Below, piece by piece: positions 12,540-20,732 of a DNA stretch of 64,000 nt; within the stretch, counting starts at the first letter, position 1; each line of letters begins with the position of its first letter. The DNA lies in contig JBPOGH010000004.1 in NCBI GenBank assembly GCA_051252135.1, forward strand, positions 32,001 to 96,000. The letters run 5' to 3'. The notes below the pieces were generated by a model. The model saw nothing but the letters and a program-made list of their open reading frames with translations. It searched no databases and was not told the DNA's origin. The stretch is from Verrucomicrobiaceae bacterium. GTDB lineage: Bacteria > Verrucomicrobiota > Verrucomicrobiia > Verrucomicrobiales > Akkermansiaceae. The translations under genes and the position numbers were made by a program.

Positions 12540-13883
12540 ATGTTTCTCCGCATAATTTCCGCTATTGGAATTGCTTCGTGCCTGTATGGGCAGGAGCCGG
12601 GAGCGGTGTCTGATCGCAGTGAGACGAACGGGGGGCAGTTGGTGGTTCATGGGGGGACGCCGTCGCTTCGGGCGGAGATCATTCAGGATGGAGAGCGGAT
12701 ATTCTCGGAAATTGATGGTTTGGTGGGGGCGTTGGGAGGGAAGGCGCATCCGACGGTGGTGGAGATTTTTCCGGCGGAGCCGGGGAAGCCGGGGGCGATG
12801 AGGAGGGAGTTGTTTTCGCTTCCGGAGCAAGAGGACGGGGGATTTCGGTTTCAGATTTATCTGCGGATGCTCGATGGGCAGCGGTATGACCGGAAGGGGT
12901 TGAACCGGTTGATGCTGGAGTTGTTTTTGATTGAGCGGGGGATTCGGGGCCGGAAGGCGGGGGGGCTGGCGCCGGAGGTGTCGCTTGATCCGTGGTTGGT
13001 GGATGGGATACAGGAGGCACTGGCGTGGAAGGCGAAGAAGGGGGATCGGGTGGTTTACAAGGCGTTGAGAGACCAAGGTGGGTGGATGCCGGTGGAGAAG
13101 ATCATTGAGCAGAAATCGTTGGACGAGATGGATGCGCTGAGTCGGGAATTGTTTCGGGCGTCGGCGGGGGCGTTGACGATGGCATTGCTGGCGCAGCCGG
13201 AGGGAAAGGGGTCGATGAATGCCTTTTTGCTGGAGGCCTCGGAATTCCAGGGGGAGCCGCTTGAGTTGTTGCGGAAGCATTTTCCGGATATCAATCTGGG
13301 GCGTGAGGGACTGGAGAAGTGGTGGCTGTCGCAGGTGGCGGCGATGGCGGCTCCGGGGGTGACGCAGACGATGACGATTCCGCAGACCGAGAAGGAGCTG
13401 GGGGAGGCGCTAAAGCTGTATCTGACTGACGAGGAGGGAAAGCCGGTGATATACGGGCTGGAGGCGTGGCGGGAGGTGATGGCGCTGGAGAAGAATGAGG
13501 ATCGGCTGGCGGCGGTGAGTCATGCTTCCGATTTGCTGACGAACCTGAGTTACCGGTGTTTCCCGACGTATCGTCCGGTGGTGGGGGGGTATTTGAAGTT
13601 CCTTTCCGATTTGACGGGTGAGAAGCGGGATCATTTGCCGGAGGTGCTGGATAATCTGGAGATGTTTCGCGAGGCGGAGAAGCGGCGGCATGACCGACTG
13701 ATTGATTTGCTGGATTGGTATCATCTTTCCACGGTGCAGGAGGAGAGCGGGGAGTTTGATGATTATTTGCAGCTGAAGAAGGAGCTGGAGAAGGTGGAGG
13801 TACCGGATGATGATCCGATTATCAGGTATGTGGATGAGGCGCAGAAGCTGTTTGAGAAGCGGAAGCAAGTGGAGGGGTTATAA
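12540..13883 (+). CDS. Hypothetical exported protein
   Basis: Long ORF with normal composition and an N-terminal signal-like sequence. PWLVDGI motif. No family recognised. Confidence 0.7.
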   Translation: MFLRIISAIGIASCLYGQEPGAVSDRSETNGGQLVVHGGTPSLRAEIIQDGERIFSEIDGLVGALGGKAHPTVVEIFPAEPGKPGAMRRELFSLPEQEDGGFRFQIYLRMLDGQRYDRKGLNRLMLELFLIERGIRGRKAGGLAPEVSLDPWLVDGIQEALAWKAKKGDRVVYKALRDQGGWMPVEKIIEQKSLDEMDALSRELFRASAGALTMALLAQPEGKGSMNAFLLEASEFQGEPLELLRKHFPDINLGREGLEKWWLSQVAAMAAPGVTQTMTIPQTEKELGEALKLYLTDEEGKPVIYGLEAWREVMALEKNEDRLAAVSHASDLLTNLSYRCFPTYRPVVGGYLKFLSDLTGEKRDHLPEVLDNLEMFREAEKRRHDRLIDLLDWYHLSTVQEESGEFDDYLQLKKELEKVEVPDDDPIIRYVDEAQKLFEKRKQVEGL

Positions 13884-13937
13884 TCCGGAGGGTTCTTTCT
13901 CATCGCTCCGATGGGGAAAGGTGGTAATTTTGGGGCA

Positions 13938-14564
13938 ATGGATCTGCTGACACAACTCGGGCTCGCCTTGGGCTTTGCGACTCTTTCCGGAATCAATCTC
14001 TATCTGACCGTGTTTGTGACGGGGATGGCGGTGAGGATGGGATGGGTGGATTTGGCGGCGGCGCACGAGCAGTTTACGATCCTGGGTGATCCGATGATTT
14101 TGGGAGTTTCAGGGGCGCTGTTTTGTATTGAGTTTTTTGCGGACAAGATTCCGTGGGTGGATTCGACCTGGGATGTGCTGCATACGGTTGTGAGGCCGGT
14201 TGGGGGGATTTTGCTGGCGCTGACGGCGCTGGGTGAATTGGACCCGGCGATGAGTGTGGTGGCTGCGTTGCTTGCGGGAGGGGCCAGTTTGGCGACGCAT
14301 AGCTTGAAGGCGGGTGGGCGTTTGTTGGTGAATTTGTCCCCCGAGCCGGTATCGAATGCCGTGGCGAGTCTGACGGAGGATGGGCTGGTGCTGGGAGGGT
14401 TGGGCCTGATGGCGGTGGCTCCGGTGGTGGGATTCTTTGTGTTCCTGGCTGTCTGTATCGTGGCGGTGGTGCTGACGACGAAGCTGTGGAAGAAGATTTG
14501 CGGCGGGTTGGCAGTTCTTAGGAGGAGATTCCGTGGAGGAGATCCCGGACTGCCGAGCGTTTGA
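13938..14564 (+). CDS. DUF4126-family membrane protein
   Basis: SGINLY, EFFADKIPWVDSTWD..HT..RP, SPEPVSN..ASLTED. Confidence 0.85.
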   Translation: MDLLTQLGLALGFATLSGINLYLTVFVTGMAVRMGWVDLAAAHEQFTILGDPMILGVSGALFCIEFFADKIPWVDSTWDVLHTVVRPVGGILLALTALGELDPAMSVVAALLAGGASLATHSLKAGGRLLVNLSPEPVSNAVASLTEDGLVLGGLGLMAVAPVVGFFVFLAVCIVAVVLTTKLWKKICGGLAVLRRRFRGGDPGLPSV

Positions 14565-15507
14565 GGGCGAGCTCGCGCCATTCGTTGACGAGGCGTGATT
14601 CCTCGATGACACCGCAGCCGCTGGGGAGGAGGTAGTTGTCATCCTGCCAGGCGATCATGCGGATGGCGACGAGGGCTTCGAACTCTCCGTCGCGCATGAG
14701 TCCGAAGGGGGCTCCGAAGGTGGAGGGGCAGCCGAGGCGGGAGCGCCATTCTCCGAGGAGGGCCATTGTTTCCGGGGTGCGGGGCAGGGGGCCGAGGGCG
14801 GGGGTGGGGTGGAGGCGCTCGATGAGCGTCCGGATGGGTTGGTGCTTGTAAAGCTCGACCTCGATGAGGGTCTGGAAGTGGATGAGTTTGCCGAGGTCGA
14901 TGATTTCGCGCTCGCGTTTTTTGACCATGCCGAGGTCGGAGAGTTTGGCGATGAGGGTTTGGGCGACGAACTCGTGCTCGCGGATTTCCTTTTCGTCGAC
15001 GGCGAAGAGGCTGGCTTCATCGCTGCGGGCGGTGCCGGCGAGGGCCATGGTGTGGATACGGCCATCGAAGTAGCGGAAGAGGACTTCGGGGGTGGCGCCG
15101 AGGAAGCCTTCGTTTTGCCCGATCCAGCCGTAGGGGCGCAGGCGGTCGGGGGTGTGCCGGAGGCGGGAAAGGAGTCCTTCGGGGGAACCGGAGGTGGCCT
15201 TTCCGGTGGCGGTGACGACGGGGACGGATTTTTCGATGGTGCCGCGGTGGATGGCGGCGGTGACCTCACGGAAGACCCCGGCAAAGGAATTGGGTTCGGG
15301 CTCGGTCCAGGCGATCAGGAGGGGATCGGCTTCCTTGGGGGTGAGGGTTTCGACGTGGTCGGGGATGTGCCAGGGGGTGGCGTTTCCGAGGGCGAAATCA
15401 TTGCGATAAAAAGCCACCCCGGAGAGAGGTGGCTCGGCTTGGCTGGTAAAGGGACCGTGTCCGACGAGGATGTCGCCTTCTTTGGTTCCGAATACCGCCC
15501 GATCCAT
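14518..15507 (-). CDS. Chorismate-binding (isochorismate synthase-like) protein
   Basis: FLGATPE, MALAGT, KEIREH, LHPTPAL, SGCGVIEES..EW.EL..K. Short N-terminus. 3' end overlaps the DUF4126 gene. Confidence 0.8.
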   Translation of the reverse strand: MDRAVFGTKEGDILVGHGPFTSQAEPPLSGVAFYRNDFALGNATPWHIPDHVETLTPKEADPLLIAWTEPEPNSFAGVFREVTAAIHRGTIEKSVPVVTATGKATSGSPEGLLSRLRHTPDRLRPYGWIGQNEGFLGATPEVLFRYFDGRIHTMALAGTARSDEASLFAVDEKEIREHEFVAQTLIAKLSDLGMVKKREREIIDLGKLIHFQTLIEVELYKHQPIRTLIERLHPTPALGPLPRTPETMALLGEWRSRLGCPSTFGAPFGLMRDGEFEALVAIRMIAWQDDNYLLPSGCGVIEESRLVNEWRELALKRSAVRDLLHGISS

Positions 15508-15514
15508 GGTGGGC

Positions 15515-16279
15515 TTATTCTACCACACCGTTTTTGATGAGGTCGGCAAAAGAATTGACCTCGAGTGCGGCTCCTCCGACGAGGGCTCCATCGATGTCCT
15601 TCTGACCGAGAAGCTCGGCGGCGTTGTCCGGCTTGACGCTGCCACCGTATTGGATGCGGATTTTTTCGGAAACGGAGACGCCGTAGAGGTCGGTGAGGAC
15701 GGAGCGGACGAACTCGTGTGCGTCTTGTGCCTGCTGGGGAGAAGCGGTGACGCCGGTGCCGATGGCCCAGACGGGCTCGTAGGCGATGACGGTATCGAGC
15801 ATTTGCTTCTCGGAGACGTCCTTGAGGCCGTCGGTGATCTGGGTGCGGAGGACGGACTCCAGCTTGCCGTCTTCACGCTCCTTGAGAGTCTCGCCGATGC
15901 AGAAGATGGGCTTGAGCTCGACCTCGTGGGCTTTGAGGATCTTGGCGTTGATGATGGCGTCGGTCTCGCCGTAGATGGAGCGGCGCTCGGAGTGGCCGAG
16001 GATGACGTAGTTGACGAAGATTTCCTTGAGCATGAAGGCGCTCACTTCACCGGTGTAGGCTCCGTTATCGTGCTCGGACATGTTCTGTGCCGAGACGCGG
16101 ACGCGGGACTGGGAAAGGAGTTCGGTGGCCTTGACGAGGGAGACGAAGGGAGGGGCGAGGACGATGTCGACTCCTTTGGGGAGGTCGGCGAGCTTGTTCT
16201 CGAATCCGCGGATAAAGTCCTCGGTATCGGATGGTCCTTTGTTGAGCTTCCAGTTGGCGGCGATAATTGGCTTCCTCAT
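15515..16279 (-). CDS. tpiA: Triosephosphate isomerase
   Basis: AANWK, GAYTGE, GHSERR, AYEPVWAIGTG, YGGSV, LVGGA. Confidence 0.98.
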   Translation of the reverse strand: MRKPIIAANWKLNKGPSDTEDFIRGFENKLADLPKGVDIVLAPPFVSLVKATELLSQSRVRVSAQNMSEHDNGAYTGEVSAFMLKEIFVNYVILGHSERRSIYGETDAIINAKILKAHEVELKPIFCIGETLKEREDGKLESVLRTQITDGLKDVSEKQMLDTVIAYEPVWAIGTGVTASPQQAQDAHEFVRSVLTDLYGVSVSEKIRIQYGGSVKPDNAAELLGQKDIDGALVGGAALEVNSFADLIKNGVVE

Positions 16280-16359
16280 GTCGGACCCGCCTTAGGGGCT
16301 GGGGGGGCTTTGGGCAAGCGGTTTGTTGCTGGGGGGCGGGGCGTTTAGGTGGGGTGAGG

Positions 16360-16635
16360 GAGAAATCCTAAATTCCAGATGAGGAAATTCTAAACAAATT
16401 CGAAATGAGAAATTTCAAATTGGAAACCTTGGTTGGGGGGGAGGGGTGGAGGATGAGGATTTGCAGGTGTGTGGGAGTTTGAGCGGTTGGCTTTTGGCTT
16501 TTGGCTTTTGGCTTTTGGCGGTTGGCTTTTCTGGTTGAGGAGCTTGGTTGGGGACATATTTAACCACAACCGGAACGGAGTGGAGATGGCCGCCAGGCAA
16601 ATGAACAGGGTGGAGGGGATGGCTTGGTTGGGGGC
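16360..16635. repeat. Mosaic intergenic repeat array (AAATTC-type module, TTGGCTT heptamers, AACCACAACCGGAAC module, CTTGGTTGGGG linkers)
   Basis: Tandem heptamers at ~16487-16530. Module 16559-16635 is shared with 24328-24405 and module 16360-16385 with 33896-33922. Confidence 0.75.
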
Positions 16636-16654
16636 ATGGAGGACTGGGTGGCCG

Positions 16655-17164
16655 TTAGTCTCTGTTGTAGGTGGTAGTTCCGGAGGGGAAATCGATTGTC
16701 AGGGTGGGTTCGGTGAGGGACCAGGGGGCGGTGACGGTGGGTTCGTAGGGTGGGTCGAAGGTGAGGATGCCGGCGTTTTCGCTCAGGAGAGCGCGTATTG
16801 ATGAGTCGCTTATGGTGTGGGCGTCGAAGGTGTATTCGCCGGAATACACAAAGCCCGGCCAGTGGTAGGTGTGGGTGCCGTCAGCACGGAGATTCCATTC
16901 TTCGGAGGGGTCGTCTTCGAGGTGCCAGACTCCGGGGAGGTCGGCGGGGTCTCCGAAGACGCGGTTGTAGCGGGTTCCCTTGTGAACGAAGGTCATGCCG
17001 CCATCGAGGAGCTGGTAGGGGATATCGATGTTGTGGACGTAGTAGCGATCGTTGTCTCGTATTTCGTAGCGGAAGGGGTTGCCCGGGATTTTCCAGAACC
17101 CGATGAGTTCGGGGGGGAGGGTTGAGGGGGTGGAGTTTGATTTTTGAGGCCGTGCAAAATTCAT
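16655..17164 (-). CDS. Hypothetical protein with internal G.W repeat (lipocalin-like beta domain?)
   Basis: LIGFWKIPG...YEIR and LPGVWHLED...WNLR repeats. Start uncertain. Confidence 0.55.
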   Translation of the reverse strand: MNFARPQKSNSTPSTLPPELIGFWKIPGNPFRYEIRDNDRYYVHNIDIPYQLLDGGMTFVHKGTRYNRVFGDPADLPGVWHLEDDPSEEWNLRADGTHTYHWPGFVYSGEYTFDAHTISDSSIRALLSENAGILTFDPPYEPTVTAPWSLTEPTLTIDFPSGTTTYNRD

Positions 17165-17364
17165 AAACTTTGGAGAATGACTGATATTCAAACTAGTGGG
17201 GGGAGGAAAAAAGAACCAACTGTTTTTCCAATAGTAGCGATGATTGCAGGGGAGCGGCCCTTGTTCCCGGTTGAGTGTCCCGTCCTCCTGACTTGACTCG
17301 CCGAAGGTGTAGGTGTTTGAATTGGAATCTGTTTTTTTGATGAACCTGTAAAATAGAATAGATT

Positions 17365-20061
17365 ATGAAAGCTCAAATTGTTCTCCTTCTATCAGCGTTG
17401 ATATTAACTCCCTCGGTAATATTTGGAGGATTTGGAGGGAATGGAGTCACCCCGGTTCCGATCACAGAAGGTGGGTTGGACAAAGATGCGCTGGAAATCT
17501 TTGATCGGAGGAAGGCGAAAGGGGAGGCGGTGAGCTATCCTCCCTTTGAGGATGTATCCCAGGCACGAATTAATCAGCTGAAGCAGTTTCCACCTTTCAA
17601 GGGGAAGACCAATCAACAGGTTATTACGAAGGTGCAGCAGATGCGGCGGGCGCTTATTTGTGTGATTGATCTGATCTCGGTGGATAATCGGGCAACGGGG
17701 CAATCGCTTCAGCGCTTGTTGAGACTTCGCAAGATTTGCTTTGGTCTCACAGCGACAGATAACAATGTGGGGATGTCGATTTTCCCGGACGGTAAGACCG
17801 AATTTGGGATTGAGCCGATCAATATTTTTTATGACGTCTGTAGTGATCTTCCGCTGACCGAGCCTTATCTCTTTGAGCTGTATGTCGCGTTGAGTCACGA
17901 GAGCTTGCACGCCGAGCAACGAATTCTGCAGCCGAACGGAAGGCCTGATTTTAATGAAACGGTGGATCTTCAGTGTCGGGAAGTTGAGGCTCACCAAGGT
18001 GAAATGACGCGAATTCGCGAGATGCAACGGATTGTTCAGCACATCAAAGACAATGGGACTGTCCCAAGTGATGCCCGTGGAGCGACCGCCAGTTTTGGAG
18101 GTGCCATTGTGAATGCGGGAGCGACACCGACGACGGTTAACAAGTGGTTGCAGAAGCTGGCCAACATGAAATCGCAGCGAGGAAATATTCTTAAGTTTCG
18201 AAAGATCTACAAGGAAGCCGGGCAGGCGGTTCTTAATGGTGATCTGGATGCGGCCGCTATCAAAACCAAGCTTTATCCCTTTAGGAGTTGGATTCGGATT
18301 TTTAGGAATAATCGTGATTTTAGGCTCATTAATACGGCGATTTTTGCGTCTGCGCCGACGATTACGGGAACAGCGGGTTCGCGGACCGTTACCCCGGCGA
18401 GTGGAGAGATGAAGCAAATCATTGCTCCGGGTCTTGAAGAGCAGGTGATCGATGTCCCGGGAAACAAGGTGATTTCTGATGCAGAATTTAATGCTGATGG
18501 GACGAAGCTCATCTTTGTTGAGGTGGATCTGGATTCTGGCGGCGGGGGGATTGGAGTGTTTGATTTGGATTCCGAAACCGGGGCTTTGGATCCCGGTTCC
18601 TACACATCCTGTTTTACATCTGACCTTTTTGGAAACGGAGGAGATTTGCTCGTGAATCAATTCGAGTCGGGCAGCCCGTTTTACTTTGTCGCCGGAGGTA
18701 GCGGTGACATTTTCCGGTGCTTGGATAATAATGGCGACGGGTGCCCCGATGCTCTTCTAGCTCAGGGGACATTGGGCCAAGGGCCTGATCACACTGTGGG
18801 GTGGGTTCAGTTTAGGGATCAGGATACTTTGATTGGCTACCCTGAAATGGAAGGGACTGTGCCAGATTGCTCCCAAATGTTCTCCACGGCCAGCCGGACG
18901 GGTCCAGGAAATGACTTTATCGGTGGTCCGCCACAGCCTTGGAAGGATGAGATGAACACTGCTCCTGCGCCTGCCGGACTTCCATTCGAGGGGAGGAATG
19001 ATCTCCCTTGTGTCGGGACTCCGGGTGAGAGCTTTCAGATTCATGCCATCCCATCTGAGGGTCCCTCCGAGATGATTGGACAAGGCACCTTTGGGTGGAA
19101 AGGGTTTGCCCGCCCTGACCTGTCTTCTCCGATTAATGGGAACGATGGTCTTCAGATCATTGACGGTAGTGGAGCTGAGTCTCCGATTTTTGTCTGTGCT
19201 CCGGCTCCGGGACCGATTCCGGGGATTGTGGAGAATGATCCTTTTGGCAATCGGGGGAGCAGCGGATGGATTCAGATTGGGACAACCTCTTGGCCCGGTG
19301 AGGAAGTGGTTCCCCAATCGACCACGGACCCCGGCGGTGCTTGGACGAGTGGTCCGGGACAAAATGCCAACTGTTTTGGAGAGACATTTTTCGAGTTTGA
19401 CGGTCCCGGTGATCCGGGGGGGCCGCCGAGTAACTTCTTCCGATTTTCGAGTGGTGACACTTTGCCACCGCCAGGAGGTCCGTTGTTGGAGCTGGAGGCG
19501 GTGCCCGGGGTGAGAACCTGTCTTGATGTTTCGAGGGAAAACGATCTCTGCGGGAGTTATGAACTGGTTGAGGGGCCCGGATTGGACGAGGTGCTCTTTA
19601 ATTTTAACAAAGATGGGTCGTTTACGGTGAGCTTGCTGAGTTTTGGGGGGCCGATTGAATTTACCTATGTAATCGTTCCATCCATCCCCGGTCTTTCGGC
19701 CTCTCCAGTTTATTCGGTAAGAGTATCGCCAATTCCGGATGTTCTGGAAAATCCTCCGGTTTACACTGGTCCGGGTGGATTAGAATACGTCAATGCACTC
19801 GTGCTTGTTGATTTAGATGAGCATTATCCCCTGTTCCAGTTTTCGCTGGCGAACAGTCCCTTTGATTTGTGTGAGGAGCCTCATTGGCACAACAGTTTTG
19901 CTAATGGCTCATTTGTTTATTCTTTGGAGTTCCCTCTCGCCGGGGTTGAGGACCCGGATCCTCCGGAGTGCGGGTTTGGGATTATTCCGGAGGTTGTCCC
20001 TGAATTATTTGCAGTTCCTCTTTCTGCCTGGGAGGATTTTAAATCTGCTGCGAGACCATGA
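17365..20061 (+). CDS. Large secreted protein with HExxH motif (putative zinc metallopeptidase domain)
   Basis: Signal peptide, SHESLHAEQ followed by EVEAH, Pro/Gly/Cys-rich C-terminal half, atypical base composition. Confidence 0.7.
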   Translation: MKAQIVLLLSALILTPSVIFGGFGGNGVTPVPITEGGLDKDALEIFDRRKAKGEAVSYPPFEDVSQARINQLKQFPPFKGKTNQQVITKVQQMRRALICVIDLISVDNRATGQSLQRLLRLRKICFGLTATDNNVGMSIFPDGKTEFGIEPINIFYDVCSDLPLTEPYLFELYVALSHESLHAEQRILQPNGRPDFNETVDLQCREVEAHQGEMTRIREMQRIVQHIKDNGTVPSDARGATASFGGAIVNAGATPTTVNKWLQKLANMKSQRGNILKFRKIYKEAGQAVLNGDLDAAAIKTKLYPFRSWIRIFRNNRDFRLINTAIFASAPTITGTAGSRTVTPASGEMKQIIAPGLEEQVIDVPGNKVISDAEFNADGTKLIFVEVDLDSGGGGIGVFDLDSETGALDPGSYTSCFTSDLFGNGGDLLVNQFESGSPFYFVAGGSGDIFRCLDNNGDGCPDALLAQGTLGQGPDHTVGWVQFRDQDTLIGYPEMEGTVPDCSQMFSTASRTGPGNDFIGGPPQPWKDEMNTAPAPAGLPFEGRNDLPCVGTPGESFQIHAIPSEGPSEMIGQGTFGWKGFARPDLSSPINGNDGLQIIDGSGAESPIFVCAPAPGPIPGIVENDPFGNRGSSGWIQIGTTSWPGEEVVPQSTTDPGGAWTSGPGQNANCFGETFFEFDGPGDPGGPPSNFFRFSSGDTLPPPGGPLLELEAVPGVRTCLDVSRENDLCGSYELVEGPGLDEVLFNFNKDGSFTVSLLSFGGPIEFTYVIVPSIPGLSASPVYSVRVSPIPDVLENPPVYTGPGGLEYVNALVLVDLDEHYPLFQFSLANSPFDLCEEPHWHNSFANGSFVYSLEFPLAGVEDPDPPECGFGIIPEVVPELFAVPLSAWEDFKSAARP

Positions 20062-20732
20062 GGTGGCGCTTGATGCTTGTCTTGCCGGCGGTGGCCCCGT
20101 TATCGGCGACCACGCTTTTCCGAGCTGAACTCACGCCGAAACAAGTGGTTCCCAAAAATGGTGCGCCCTCTCCTGCGGGCGTTTCGAAAGCATCTGCAAC
20201 GGCCACCTTTGAGCTCTTTCAAAATGGGGGTGATCCCTATCTGGAATACGAAATTCAGTTCGATCAAATCAATCTTATCGACGACATCACCGGGATTCAT
20301 TTCCACATTGGATACACGCCGCCGCCGGCGGCATCATCTTTGATTTTGGGCGCGACACCCCGGCATTCGGCACCCGGTCAGGAGAATGGGCCTCACACCC
20401 TCAATGTTTACGGTCTCCCTCGACAGGATGATGCTGACCTTGCGGTCTCTCCGGATGGGACCTGGCTCCGAGGGAGGTGGGGCAATGAAGATGTCAACTA
20501 TGGCTCCAACGGGACTTATGATCCGAGTGACTCGGTGGGTTTGGGGAGTGTTTACACCGAGTTATTTGAGGGGGATATTTACATTCAGGTTCATTCCCAT
20601 GCTTTCAATGTTCCCGATACCGGAGAGTTACGTGGCCAAATACTTCCGGTGCCCGAGCCGGGTGTGGCCTCGGTGATTCCGTTCGCGTTGGTGATGGTGC
20701 TTTCCCGAAGGCGAGCTTATCGCAGGACTTGA
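20058..20732 (+). CDS. CHRD-domain PEP-CTERM protein
   Basis: F.AELTPKQVVP, ITGIHFH, IYIQVHS...GELRGQI (CHRD), then VPEP + hydrophobic helix + RRR. Confidence 0.85.
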   Translation: MRWRLMLVLPAVAPLSATTLFRAELTPKQVVPKNGAPSPAGVSKASATATFELFQNGGDPYLEYEIQFDQINLIDDITGIHFHIGYTPPPAASSLILGATPRHSAPGQENGPHTLNVYGLPRQDDADLAVSPDGTWLRGRWGNEDVNYGSNGTYDPSDSVGLGSVYTELFEGDIYIQVHSHAFNVPDTGELRGQILPVPEPGVASVIPFALVMVLSRRRAYRRT

